A stretch of DNA of 64,000 nt from a virus: IMG/VR virus record IMGVR_UViG_3300037493_001906, positions 54,099 through 118,098 of that record; one strand, given 5' to 3'. A model generated the notes under the pieces. The model was given only the letters and a program-made list of their open reading frames with translations, was not told where the DNA came from and ran no database searches. Below are positions 9,153 to 18,196 of the stretch, piece after piece. A program made the translations under genes and the position numbers. The stretch's first letter is position 1. Every line of letters begins with the position of its first letter.

Positions 9153-10547
9153 TTAACAGTTATTACAAGAATTACAATCTGAACAACCTGACTCACAATT
9201 ATTAGGACAAACAGGTTTAATATAACCAGGTCTTACTGGTCTTTCATTAGTTAACTTTGGTGGTTTAGGTGTAGGAATACATTGCTCACATCCTGTTTGC
9301 GTTGAAGTATCTGTAAAAGATACAGCTACATCAAGTGTTGCAGGTTCACCCTCACAAAATGGATCATATAATACCTTATAGCATTTAGTACCAAATTTTA
9401 ATATTACTGTAGTATTAGCATATTGAGTTAAATTTGGATCTATTACATAGTCAAAGTCTGTTGCATCTTCACAATTAACTAATAGAAAACATCCTCTACA
9501 TTTACTACAATCACTTAAAGTGTTTACTACAATAACATTTGTTTTTGTACCAGTACAAGTTTCAGGAATAGATACTCTCCAACATACTGTACTTCCTTGT
9601 ATTGTTATAACCTTATTTATATAAGTAGATAAATTAACAAGTGTTAATAATGTATTTGAAGAATTTGAACAATCAGTTAGTTTATATGCACCAGTACATT
9701 CACAGCATTCAACATATGATCTAAGTACTGCTACTTCTGTTGTTAATCCTGTACATGATTCTGCAAGTTGAACATGCCAACAATTAGGTGTATCTGGAGG
9801 AAAAAGAGGACCTACTATAACTATTACTTCATTTAAGTAAAGTGATAAATCAGTAATAACATCAAGAGTATACATTGGAAATTGACAATTTACTAATGTA
9901 TAACATGGTTGACAATTTCTTGTACAAATTTCACAATTATCATTAAAAGTAGCATCAAAAAAAGCAGTCTCCCAATCAAGATATACAATATCTGGATCAT
10001 ATGTTACCTCATTAAGAACAAGGCATCCTGATGCTATTAGTTGTTCAGTATTATCATATACATTGGTAATTGCAACAGGAGAAACAAAAGTTGCAGGAGT
10101 TGGTCTAGTAGGATTACTAACTACACCATTATATTCAAAATAAAGTATATTGCCATCTTCATTTTTATATGGCTCATCTGTACAGCAATCTAAAAGATTA
10201 AAATAGGCATGTATACAACTTCTACAATCTGGACAAGGTGGATACACAGGAAGTGGTGGTACTGGTTCTGGTAATGTATTAAGAGGAGGACCAGCTGCCA
10301 TACATAGACTACATAATCTATATTCAGCAAGTGCTGTATAAGAAACACTAGTAGTAATAGGTAATTCTGTAAGTTCAATTGTCCAACACTTTACATATGG
10401 ATCAATTCCATATATACAATATACATGTGGCCAAGGACCTGCAGGTAAATCAATAATTTGAATATAGGTAACAACAATAGGTGTTCCTCCTAAATCACAC
10501 GCACAGGGTGTTAATAATATTCTTGTACTTGGATCTGTTTCAGCCAT
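9153..10547 (-). CDS. Cys-rich repeat virion protein (~70-aa repeats)
   Basis: Repeats CYTLVNC..CWHV / AYKLTDC..CWRV / CFLLVNC..CYKV. Confidence 0.55.
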   Translation of the reverse strand: MAETDPSTRILLTPCACDLGGTPIVVTYIQIIDLPAGPWPHVYCIYGIDPYVKCWTIELTELPITTSVSYTALAEYRLCSLCMAAGPPLNTLPEPVPPLPVYPPCPDCRSCIHAYFNLLDCCTDEPYKNEDGNILYFEYNGVVSNPTRPTPATFVSPVAITNVYDNTEQLIASGCLVLNEVTYDPDIVYLDWETAFFDATFNDNCEICTRNCQPCYTLVNCQFPMYTLDVITDLSLYLNEVIVIVGPLFPPDTPNCWHVQLAESCTGLTTEVAVLRSYVECCECTGAYKLTDCSNSSNTLLTLVNLSTYINKVITIQGSTVCWRVSIPETCTGTKTNVIVVNTLSDCSKCRGCFLLVNCEDATDFDYVIDPNLTQYANTTVILKFGTKCYKVLYDPFCEGEPATLDVAVSFTDTSTQTGCEQCIPTPKPPKLTNERPVRPGYIKPVCPNNCESGCSDCNSCNNC

Positions 10548-10722
10548 CTATAGTTGGGTTTTGTTTTGTATACATAATTGTTGTTACTGGCTGTGGTTCT
10601 GCAGGTTTAAGTTTAGTTTCATATTGTCCTACACAATTAGCACATACAGGAGCACCATCACTGGCAGTTCTTTTTTGACATCCACAACTTAGTGAAGCTT
10701 TACAGTTTTGACAAGTTGACAT
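10540..10722 (-). CDS. Small Cys-rich (metal-binding?) protein
   Basis: CxxC-x5-CGC-x11-CxxC in 60 aa; overlaps the next start. Confidence 0.6.
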   Translation of the reverse strand: MSTCQNCKASLSCGCQKRTASDGAPVCANCVGQYETKLKPAEPQPVTTIMYTKQNPTIDG

Positions 10723-10744
10723 TTTATGTTGGTTTTGTTGGTTA

Positions 10745-11305
10745 CTAACAGGTTGTACAACTTGAGCAATTCATTTTATCAATAAGCTTTAAGGCATATC
10801 TGTAAAGATCCATACCCTTTGCTGGTTGATGACAGAATTCAACATAAGCTTTAGCAGCTTTTAGGTATTGTTGAATAAGTCTTACTTGTTCAAGTTTTGC
10901 TTTTATTTTTTCTGGTGGATCACATGCACCAAGATCTAATTCACAATAGATACCTTGTATCTTATTAAGAGCACAAGTTATTCTTAAGTGATTGTATTCT
11001 ACATATACTATGTCATTAGGAGATACACTGTATTTAATAATGTATATCCCATCAGGCAACTTAGAGTTTTTAGATCCACAGTTTGTAGATTGTAGTCCTA
11101 AATCACATGCATTAAAAGGTTGATAAAACCCAGGTGAAATATCTGGAGTAGTTATTTGCACAGGATAATTAAATCCAGGTACTGTAATTTCAAGTAAAGG
11201 ACAGTCTATTGTATTACTAGTACTATATATACTTGTATCTAATATAGGAAGGATACAAAGGTTAAGAGTATCTGGAAGTTCAAGACTTAATATATGATTA
11301 GCCAT
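10745..11305 (-). CDS. Probable virion structural protein
   Basis: 186 aa; follows the auxiliary capsid gene; has its own promoter-like element. Confidence 0.5.
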   Translation of the reverse strand: MANHILSLELPDTLNLCILPILDTSIYSTSNTIDCPLLEITVPGFNYPVQITTPDISPGFYQPFNACDLGLQSTNCGSKNSKLPDGIYIIKYSVSPNDIVYVEYNHLRITCALNKIQGIYCELDLGACDPPEKIKAKLEQVRLIQQYLKAAKAYVEFCHQPAKGMDLYRYALKLIDKMNCSSCTTC

Positions 11306-11308
11306 TTT

Positions 11309-11317
11309 GCAAATATA
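11309..11317 (-). promoter_or_regulatory. Bacteroidota sigma-A -7 element TATATTTGC
   Basis: Matches TAnnTTTG; 3 nt before ATG 11305, immediately after a terminator. Confidence 0.55.
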
Positions 11318-11334
11318 ATGAAATTATTAAATGA

Positions 11335-11378
11335 AAAAAGGGAGAGGAGAGACTTTTGACTCTCACTCTCCCACTTTT
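11335..11378 (-). terminator. Intrinsic terminator after the auxiliary capsid gene
   Basis: GGGAGAGTGAGAG-loop-CTCTCCTCTCCC-TTTTTT. Confidence 0.8.
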
Positions 11379-11398
11379 TCAAATTGAATTTGTAATTA

Positions 11399-13102
11399 TT
11401 ACAATGGTGTTACAAGACCATTTCCATCTACGTTAACTGAACAACGTGTACAGTCTCTAGATACTAGAGTAGTACAGTCTACACAAGCAGCTAACCAAGC
11501 ATTCAAGAAAGTATCAAGAGCTGCGTTACCTACTGGAATCAAAGGATTAGCTTCATTAACAATAATCTCCAACATATATCTATCATTGTCAAATGTACCA
11601 GTTGGGTTGTTAAAACGTGGAACAGAATGCAATAAGAAATAACGTGTATAAAGAGCGTTTCTATTAACAGCTCCAAGGATTTGATCACCTTGAGTGATTT
11701 CCCTTACCCTGATGTCAGTGTGGAAGAAGTTTTGTAAGTAAGATTCTGCAAGGATAAGATCCCTTACAACTTGCTCACCAAAGCCCATTCCTTGTACACC
11801 AAGACAGTCATTGTAAACACAAAGATTTTCAAATACACAAGGATCACCATTGTAATCTACTAATGAACCATAGATACGTACAGGCTCTTTTTCAAAGAAG
11901 TCTGTGATTTGGAAAGAGCAGTTACCAAATTTGGTTTCTACAAATGCACCAAATAAACGTATACCACCAGTTGTACCAGCAACATAACCAGGAGATGTAT
12001 AATAATCCCAAGTCTGAGGTTTACCTGCATTAATACCTGCAGTCAAAATTGGAACAGGAAGACCTGTTGAAGGATCAACTGTAGTTCCTGGAGCATACCA
12101 AGGATTACCAGCTTGATCAAAAACAACTGGAAGAATAAAATCTTTCAAGTAGTTATTGATTACAATAGCTTTTGCCCACTCAATCATAACATTAGTTGAA
12201 TCAACAGCTGTAGGAACAGTTCCAGAGCAGCAACCTGTGTAAGCAGATACAGTTTGGTAAGCATTGTGATTCAAAGCTCTAAGAGCTGGAGAACCTTTAA
12301 CATCTATACGTAAGTAGTAAGTCTCACCACAAAGAAATTGTTTAGAACAATCTAAATAAGTTGTACCACCTTGGAAATCAGAATCTAAAGGAAATGTAAC
12401 TGTAGAAACTACAATAGTAGTTGCAGTTGCACCACCAGTTTTAGTAAGATAACCAGGAATAACAAGTGGAGATACTGTAAAGGCTACAGTTAAAACATCA
12501 GCAGCAGTATAACCATTACCTGGTGAAGTAAGTGTTACAGATGTAATAAGACCAGCAGCACTTACAACAACAGTTGCAGCAGCATTGTTACCTGTACCTC
12601 CTGAAAGAAGGATATTTGTATAAGTCAATGGAGCACCCGTTGTATTTACATAAGTGTTGTTACCTATTGTTGGAGCAGCAGTTGTAGCAATATTTTTACC
12701 AGCTGATTTACCAGCAGTACCAATAGTGATAACTGATTGTTGAGGAACACAAGTTGTAACCTTATATACTTGTTGTATATATTTTGGGTTAATAAGTTTA
12801 GACTTGTTAGTTTCTTTGTATCCACCATGGAAAGGTCCAATTTTATCATTGGTCAACAATGAAGAAGATGCAAGAATTAATGGACAACAAGCTGTTCCTA
12901 AAGTTCCTGTTGTTACTGATAAATAAGTATCAGCAGTAAAGAAACCAAAGTAACCTGGAGCCAATGTAGATAAAGTTGCTGTAGTTACACTAGCAGTTGT
13001 GATAAATCCACCTGTAGAGGAAGGACTTAGTGCAGTACCACCTGTCAGGGTAGTACCTGTACCAAGAAACATCTTGGTAAATGCATGATTGAAATAAGCC
13101 AT
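11399..13102 (-). CDS. Auxiliary capsid/decoration protein (crAss-like) with an inserted beta domain
   Basis: 567 aa; codon use like the MCP gene; strong terminator; syntenic position. Confidence 0.55.
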   Translation of the reverse strand: MAYFNHAFTKMFLGTGTTLTGGTALSPSSTGGFITTASVTTATLSTLAPGYFGFFTADTYLSVTTGTLGTACCPLILASSSLLTNDKIGPFHGGYKETNKSKLINPKYIQQVYKVTTCVPQQSVITIGTAGKSAGKNIATTAAPTIGNNTYVNTTGAPLTYTNILLSGGTGNNAAATVVVSAAGLITSVTLTSPGNGYTAADVLTVAFTVSPLVIPGYLTKTGGATATTIVVSTVTFPLDSDFQGGTTYLDCSKQFLCGETYYLRIDVKGSPALRALNHNAYQTVSAYTGCCSGTVPTAVDSTNVMIEWAKAIVINNYLKDFILPVVFDQAGNPWYAPGTTVDPSTGLPVPILTAGINAGKPQTWDYYTSPGYVAGTTGGIRLFGAFVETKFGNCSFQITDFFEKEPVRIYGSLVDYNGDPCVFENLCVYNDCLGVQGMGFGEQVVRDLILAESYLQNFFHTDIRVREITQGDQILGAVNRNALYTRYFLLHSVPRFNNPTGTFDNDRYMLEIIVNEANPLIPVGNAALDTFLNAWLAACVDCTTLVSRDCTRCSVNVDGNGLVTPL

Positions 13103-13162
13103 TTTTTTTTTTTAAATTAAGTTAAACAATAAACAAATATATATAGGTATTAATATAATAAA

Positions 13163-13603
13163 TTATTTTAAGAATAGCAACTTATATTTTGTAGAATTTA
13201 TTAAAGATTTTATTTCATCTATAGTATTTTGAATTTCTGAGTGACTACATGCTTCATGTACCATCTCAGCTAAGTCATATAATCCTCTTAAATACTTAAT
13301 ACAATCCTCTGCAGTTTTCATTGTAGGTAGGTTTACTGAAGTAGGAAATGTAAGTAGCTTCTCAGTTACTCCTTGATACTGTTCTATTAAGTCATCAGCT
13401 AGGTCTCCAGCAGCATCATAAAATCCTCCCATTGCTGTGTGTGCAGCATATGATCCTACACCAGTAACAAGCAAATGATTAAGATGCACTTTAGTTACTC
13501 CATTAAGTAATTCAAAACCTAATGTTGCAATATGTTTTGAGTGATCACCTTTTGAACTTGTTTCTACCCCAGATTTAAGAGGTCTTTGAACGTATTCTGC
13601 CAT
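13163..13603 (-). CDS. Ferritin/Dps-like four-helix protein
   Basis: HLNHLLVTGVGSYAAHTAMGGFYD...DDLIEQYQG...IQNTIDEIKSLINSTKYKL; pattern of phage Dps-like proteins. Confidence 0.7.
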   Translation of the reverse strand: MAEYVQRPLKSGVETSSKGDHSKHIATLGFELLNGVTKVHLNHLLVTGVGSYAAHTAMGGFYDAAGDLADDLIEQYQGVTEKLLTFPTSVNLPTMKTAEDCIKYLRGLYDLAEMVHEACSHSEIQNTIDEIKSLINSTKYKLLFLK

Positions 13604-13608
13604 TTTAT

Positions 13609-14316
13609 TTAGTTATTAGATTCTACTGATTTTTCTTGTATTTGTTGTTGAATTATAGATTCAATATCACCTGCTAAAATTTTAGAACATTCATCAACTA
13701 AAAGTTCTACTATATCATCTTTAAATTCACAGACTATATCTACTAAAGGTATAAGACCTGTATATGGATCTTTTACATTTGTTATTTCAATTTTAATAGG
13801 TTGTCTATAATAAGTAAGAGTAGTATTTTTTAATATAAACTCATTATTTGTATAAACTTGAAACGTATTGTCCTTTAATGTGGCAAAAGTTTCACCCCAC
13901 TCATAACTAGGTTTTTTATTATAATCCTTAAGTAATATGTCTATATTTTGATTCTCTGTTAAATAAACAATCATTTTTTTTGCAGGACAACATCCATCAA
14001 CTTTTTCTGCCTCAGTAGATATTCTTTTAAACTGCAAATAATTTATAGGCAAAGTTGTACTTTCAAAGTATTGTTGTTTATTAGTCATTACTATAGAAAG
14101 TGTTGTAAGTAATATTTGAAGATCATCAATCCTTCTTTTGGATTGCTCATCTCCTTCTTTTACTATATTTAATCCATGCAAATTCCTTCTAACCCAATCT
14201 GATTGGCCTTTATTAAAAGCTTCAATAATCTGCCAGTCCTGAATATTGTCATAGTCATTACTAGCTAATTTATTTAGCCTTTGTTTTACCTTTATGAGTA
14301 TAGTTGAATTTAACAT
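13609..14316 (-). CDS. Head-tail adaptor/ring protein (P22 gp4-like, crAss-like)
   Basis: KQRLNKLASNDYDN...IIEAFNKGQ...LTYYRQP pattern; position. Confidence 0.6.
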   Translation of the reverse strand: MLNSTILIKVKQRLNKLASNDYDNIQDWQIIEAFNKGQSDWVRRNLHGLNIVKEGDEQSKRRIDDLQILLTTLSIVMTNKQQYFESTTLPINYLQFKRISTEAEKVDGCCPAKKMIVYLTENQNIDILLKDYNKKPSYEWGETFATLKDNTFQVYTNNEFILKNTTLTYYRQPIKIEITNVKDPYTGLIPLVDIVCEFKDDIVELLVDECSKILAGDIESIIQQQIQEKSVESNN

Positions 14317-14320
14317 TTAA

Positions 14321-14566
14321 TTAGCATTTCCATTTTTTTCTTGCAAGCCTTAATCTACTATTAGGATCTTTAGCTGCCTTGGGGAACATTTTCATTTGAC
14401 CTGCAGATCTAGCACAAAAAGATTTTTTTCTAGAACCACCTTCAGGCTGTGGAGCTTTAAGGTGTGATCCAGGATTAGCATTATTATAAGATGCTCTGCC
14501 TTTTGCATTAAGTCCACCAGAAGGAGACTTACCCTCTTTTCTTTGCCAAGCAGCAGTCTTTGCCAT
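14321..14566 (-). CDS. Small basic conserved phage protein
   Basis: AWQRKEGKSPSGGLNAKGRASY...RKKSFCAR...SRLRLARKKWKC, recalled as a widespread phage family. Confidence 0.75.
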   Translation of the reverse strand: MAKTAAWQRKEGKSPSGGLNAKGRASYNNANPGSHLKAPQPEGGSRKKSFCARSAGQMKMFPKAAKDPNSRLRLARKKWKC

Positions 14567-14688
14567 TACTTTTTCTTTTTAGAATTAGACTTCTTCATGT
14601 TACGTCCTATATTCATACCTACTTGAAAAGATTTTTTAACCTTTTCTCCACATGCTGACTTCTTTGTATTTTTACTAGATGTTGCCAT
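14566..14688 (-). CDS. 40-aa basic micro-protein
   Basis: MATSSKNTKKSACGEKVKKSFQVGMNIGRNMKKSNSKKKK*; TAATG coupling. Confidence 0.65.
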   Translation of the reverse strand: MATSSKNTKKSACGEKVKKSFQVGMNIGRNMKKSNSKKKK

Positions 14689-14710
14689 ATTATTTTTTTT
14701 AGCTTTCACA

Positions 14711-15319
14711 TTAACCATTAGTCTCAGTTGTATCTGTTGTAGTAGTATCTGTAGTTCCTGACTCTGTAGTAGTATCAGTTGTTGTATCTGTAGAAGTAGT
14801 TGTAGCTTCTTCAGTAGTTACTTCAGCAGCAGGTTCAGTTGTAGTCTCTGCAGTTGTAGTAGTTTCTTCTACAACAGCAGTTTCTTCAATTGTAGCAGTT
14901 GGTTCAACTACAGTCTCTTCTACTACAGCAGTAGCTTCTTCTGTAGAAATTGAATCTCCAAATGAATCAATAGGAATTGAGGTTGTTGATTCCTCTGTAA
15001 CTACAGGAGTTTCTTCAACTATAGGTGTTTCAACAACTGATGCTTCTTCTACAACTTGTATTACTTCTTCAACACCAACTACAGGAAGACCTGAAGTTGC
15101 TTGATTACTCATAACATTTACATTGAATAAAAGATCACTAATAATAGCAATACTCAAGTTAGGTTCTTCAATACTCTGATGAATTGACAATTGTTTAGTT
15201 TTAGTTAAAACTTCAATTGATGATTCTTCCTTAATATCATAAGAAATAGTATAGAGAATGTTTTCACCAGATGTTACTCTATCTGCAGACTCTGTATAGT
15301 TTATAAGTTTATATGCCAT
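14711..15319 (-). CDS. Very acidic Glu/Thr-rich low-complexity protein; likely start 15319 (MAYKLIN)
   Basis: VEET/TTEE repeats; AAAATG start context at 15319. Confidence 0.65.
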   Translation of the reverse strand: MAYKLINYTESADRVTSGENILYTISYDIKEESSIEVLTKTKQLSIHQSIEEPNLSIAIISDLLFNVNVMSNQATSGLPVVGVEEVIQVVEEASVVETPIVEETPVVTEESTTSIPIDSFGDSISTEEATAVVEETVVEPTATIEETAVVEETTTTAETTTEPAAEVTTEEATTTSTDTTTDTTTESGTTDTTTTDTTETNG

Positions 15320-15320
15320 T

Positions 15321-15539
15321 TTAACAAGATTTTTTTGATTTAACCATTCCACCTTTTTTCATTGCAGGTGAAACTAATTTTGCAGGTTTAGGAGCAGCTC
15401 CAGGATATTTTGAATAATCCTTTACATCTATATCCTTATAAGGTTTACCAGAAAATGAACTTCCTCCAAATTGTTTTTTCTTAAGATCATTAAGATCATT
15501 AAAATGCTTAAGAGGATTTGTTGTAGTTTTTAATTTCAT
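15321..15539 (-). CDS. Basic micro-protein with C-terminal MKKGG motif
   Basis: ORF track, 72 aa. Confidence 0.65.
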   Translation of the reverse strand: MKLKTTTNPLKHFNDLNDLKKKQFGGSSFSGKPYKDIDVKDYSKYPGAAPKPAKLVSPAMKKGGMVKSKKSC

Positions 15540-15541
15540 TG

Positions 15542-15688
15542 TTATTTAGATTTAGCCATTTTTTTAAATGTCCTGGCAAGAGCTTTTCTTTTAGGAGTAC
15601 AAGTTTTTTTGGTTTCTGGAGTACAAAAACCTTTATGTTTAGGATTTACTGCTTTTTGTATCCACTTTTTGTCTGACTTAGCTGCCAT
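15542..15688 (-). CDS. 48-aa basic micro-protein
   Basis: MAAKSDKKWIQKAVNPKHKGFCTPETKKTCTPKRKALARTFKKMAKSK*; TAATG coupling. Confidence 0.7.
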   Translation of the reverse strand: MAAKSDKKWIQKAVNPKHKGFCTPETKKTCTPKRKALARTFKKMAKSK

Positions 15689-16002
15689 TATTTTTTAGAT
15701 TTAGACTTAATTTTAGACTTAACTGCTCCACCTGTTTTACGTAAAGGTTTACCTTCATATATTTTACCAGTACTTCTTTCTGCAGCTCTAACTCCCCATT
15801 CCATTGGTTTTGCTATACCAGCCCACATAGCTGCTCTAACAGGAGCCTTCAGTACTCTATCAAACATATTTTCAGACTTTGGACCTAAAATATCTTTAGC
15901 ATCCATAACATTATATGTTCCTGGTTTTCTAGTTGCTTTAACTGCAGGAGTAGATTTTACAACTTTTCCTGTTTGAGCTTTTTTTAATATTTTCTTTGCC
16001 AT
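15688..16002 (-). CDS. Basic protein with C-terminal KTGG motif
   Basis: ORF track, 104 aa. Confidence 0.65.
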   Translation of the reverse strand: MAKKILKKAQTGKVVKSTPAVKATRKPGTYNVMDAKDILGPKSENMFDRVLKAPVRAAMWAGIAKPMEWGVRAAERSTGKIYEGKPLRKTGGAVKSKIKSKSKK

Positions 16003-16004
16003 TA

Positions 16005-16181
16005 TTATTTCTTTTTTGTAGGTTTTACAATAGTACTAAGACTATTAAGAGATTTAGTTATACCTCCCATTAAAAATTTATCTTTCTTAATTTCTTCAGC
16101 ACGCTGCAAAGTTCTCATTGCATCACTGATTTCCCAAGACCTATCAATTTTAGGAGAAGCTATTTTTACTTTCTTTGCCAT
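16005..16181 (-). CDS. 58-aa basic micro-protein
   Basis: MAKKVKIASPKIDRSWEISDAMRTLQRAEEIKKDKFLMGGITKSLNSLSTIVKPTKKK*. Confidence 0.65.
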   Translation of the reverse strand: MAKKVKIASPKIDRSWEISDAMRTLQRAEEIKKDKFLMGGITKSLNSLSTIVKPTKKK

Positions 16182-16205
16182 ACTATAATATAGTTAAAAT
16201 AAATG

Positions 16206-16249
16206 ATTCTGCCAAAACTACAAAATAATTTAATAGTCTTGGCAGAATT
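16206..16249 (-). terminator. Long hairpin (terminator or processing site)
   Basis: TTCTGCCAAGACTA...TAGTTTTGGCAGAA, 14-bp stem. Confidence 0.5.
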
Positions 16250-16255
16250 TTAATT

Positions 16256-16423
16256 TTATTTTCCCTTAACTTTTTTAAGTCTTGGGTTTTTAGCTTTTGC
16301 AGCAGAAGAAGCTTTACGTGAACTAGAAGCTAAGATTGCCCCTGCGGCCTCTTTGCTAATACCCTGTTTGCTTGCAATGCTGGCCTGGACGGCCTTAAAG
16401 CCTGGGTGTTTTTTACTTGCCAC
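16256..16423 (-). CDS. 55-aa basic micro-protein (GTG start)
   Basis: MASKKHPGFKAVQASIASKQGISKEAAGAILASSSRKASSAAKAKNPRLKKVKGK*. Confidence 0.7.
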   Translation of the reverse strand: MASKKHPGFKAVQASIASKQGISKEAAGAILASSSRKASSAAKAKNPRLKKVKGK

Positions 16424-16454
16424 TTTGGTTTTAATTTTTTATTACAATTACACA

Positions 16455-16583
16455 TTATCTTCCTTGTCTATTGTATTTCTTATAACCTAATTTTTCTTTA
16501 GGACCAAGTTTTTTCTTAGCCTTCCCAGTTTTACGTACACCAAAAGAACTCTTTTTAGTTGAACCTTTATCTACTCTAGCCAT
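16455..16583 (-). CDS. 42-aa basic micro-protein
   Basis: MARVDKGSTKKSSFGVRKTGKAKKKLGPKEKLGYKKYNRQGR*. Confidence 0.65.
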   Translation of the reverse strand: MARVDKGSTKKSSFGVRKTGKAKKKLGPKEKLGYKKYNRQGR

Positions 16584-16585
16584 GG

Positions 16586-16888
16586 TTATTTCTTTTTAGC
16601 TTTAATTGTACCACCTTTTTTAAAGGTAGGAGTTTCTCTTTTTACTCTAGATTTTACATTAGGACTAGAAATTTTTGGTCCTTCTGGAGCAACAGCAGTA
16701 ACATAGCCTTTTTGTATTTTTGATACTCTAGGACTGCCAGTAATAAAACCTTTAAGTGTTCTTTTTACTTTACTTTCATAATCACCTTCACTATTCTGTT
16801 TTGTAACAGTTTTATATTTACCATCTGCTGATTTAACAGAAGTAGAAGATGTGCCACCTATTTGTTTCTTTAATAACTTTTTAGCCAT
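16586..16888 (-). CDS. Basic protein with C-terminal FKKGG motif
   Basis: ORF track, 100 aa. Confidence 0.65.
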   Translation of the reverse strand: MAKKLLKKQIGGTSSTSVKSADGKYKTVTKQNSEGDYESKVKRTLKGFITGSPRVSKIQKGYVTAVAPEGPKISSPNVKSRVKRETPTFKKGGTIKAKKK

Positions 16889-17058
16889 TATTTTTTCAAT
16901 TTACCAGTTGGCACATCACAAGCAGCTTTATTAAGACCACCTGTATAACGTGTAGGATTAGTTACTACTGTAGGATAAGTGTTTTTACCACCAGTATATT
17001 TAGTAGGATTAGTTACCACTTCAGGGAACTTGTTTGAATTTTTTAGTGTACCAGCCAT
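16888..17058 (-). CDS. 56-aa micro-protein with a duplicated VVTNPT[KR]YTGG repeat
   Basis: MAGTLKNSNKFPEVVTNPTKYTGGKNTYPTVVTNPTRYTGGLNKAACDVPTGKLKK*. Confidence 0.65.
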   Translation of the reverse strand: MAGTLKNSNKFPEVVTNPTKYTGGKNTYPTVVTNPTRYTGGLNKAACDVPTGKLKK

Positions 17059-17074
17059 TTTATTTAGTTTTTAG

Positions 17075-18088
17075 TTATTGCCATAATTTTTCTACCTTCT
17101 TCATGAGGTCAACTAAGACATGCTCATTAAGAGGATTCTTTAAAAACTCAACACACTCAGAAGGATTACGTCCCATTTGTGTAGATGAGTCAGTATGATA
17201 TATAAAACCATCTCCTTTAAATGAAATCATTTTATAAAATGTTCCATCTTTAACAATTGATTTTAATTTTAAAGTTTCCATATCTAGCTCTGCAGCATCT
17301 AGGAAAGATTGAGCAGCTCTTCTTAAATTTGACTCAACACCATCACCATTGATAAATGTATCCATGTTGTCATAGTAAACATCATTAGGTGTGTTCTTTT
17401 TATATTGAGGACTATTTGCATCAACTACTTTACATACATAAAATAATTTGTTAATGTTTTTATTAAATAGTTTATCCAATTCAGAAAGGGCCCTATTTTT
17501 AATCTTCTTAAGTTCTGTTTTAGTAGAGACAGTATCCACAAATTTATCTAAGTAAAACTTAGGTGGAACAGCTGAACTTCTTGCTAATTCATAACTTGGA
17601 CAAATCATTGCAAATCCACCAGCTTCAATAGCATATAACTTAATAAGGTCATATGGATCTTTAGCAGGATCAAGAATAACTGGATCATTACCACATCTCA
17701 TTGTGATCCTATTCCAGAACTCATCATTATCATGTCTGAGCAATTTAAGTTTATTCCAAAAATCAGGATCATTGGCATCTACTATATTTGCTGCAAGTTC
17801 TTTTTCAAGTTGTGATACTACAGTTCTTATTTCTTTAATCTTTGCTTCTCTTGTTTCAGTATCCTGAATAAGTTTAACTTCAGGTGAAAATTCATTAAGA
17901 CCTGTTAGGTAACGCTTAATACCATTTCTCTCTATACATGCAAGTTGTTCTTCATGGAACACACCATCATATAAAGACATTCCATATTTTTCAAGGCCAA
18001 GATTACTCATATCAGCATCAAAATATGGTTTAACAGAAATAGTCCCTGATTTTACGTCATAAGGGGATGACACAATAGTAATACTCAT
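17075..18088 (-). CDS. Conserved crAss-like capsid-module protein following the MCP
   Basis: 337 aa; synteny. Confidence 0.55.
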   Translation of the reverse strand: MSITIVSSPYDVKSGTISVKPYFDADMSNLGLEKYGMSLYDGVFHEEQLACIERNGIKRYLTGLNEFSPEVKLIQDTETREAKIKEIRTVVSQLEKELAANIVDANDPDFWNKLKLLRHDNDEFWNRITMRCGNDPVILDPAKDPYDLIKLYAIEAGGFAMICPSYELARSSAVPPKFYLDKFVDTVSTKTELKKIKNRALSELDKLFNKNINKLFYVCKVVDANSPQYKKNTPNDVYYDNMDTFINGDGVESNLRRAAQSFLDAAELDMETLKLKSIVKDGTFYKMISFKGDGFIYHTDSSTQMGRNPSECVEFLKNPLNEHVLVDLMKKVEKLWQ

Positions 18089-18133
18089 TTTAGTTTAGAT
18101 TTGGTTGGTTATTAGACTGACATATTTAGTGAA

Positions 18134-18162
18134 AATTGGGGAGAGCTTTCACCCCCTCCCCT
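18134..18162 (-). terminator. GC-rich hairpin after the MCP
   Basis: GGGGAGGG-GGTGAAAG-CTCTCCCC-AATTTT. Confidence 0.6.
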
Positions 18163-18196
18163 ATTCCACTTGCCCTACACGATGCAGGGACTTTGA

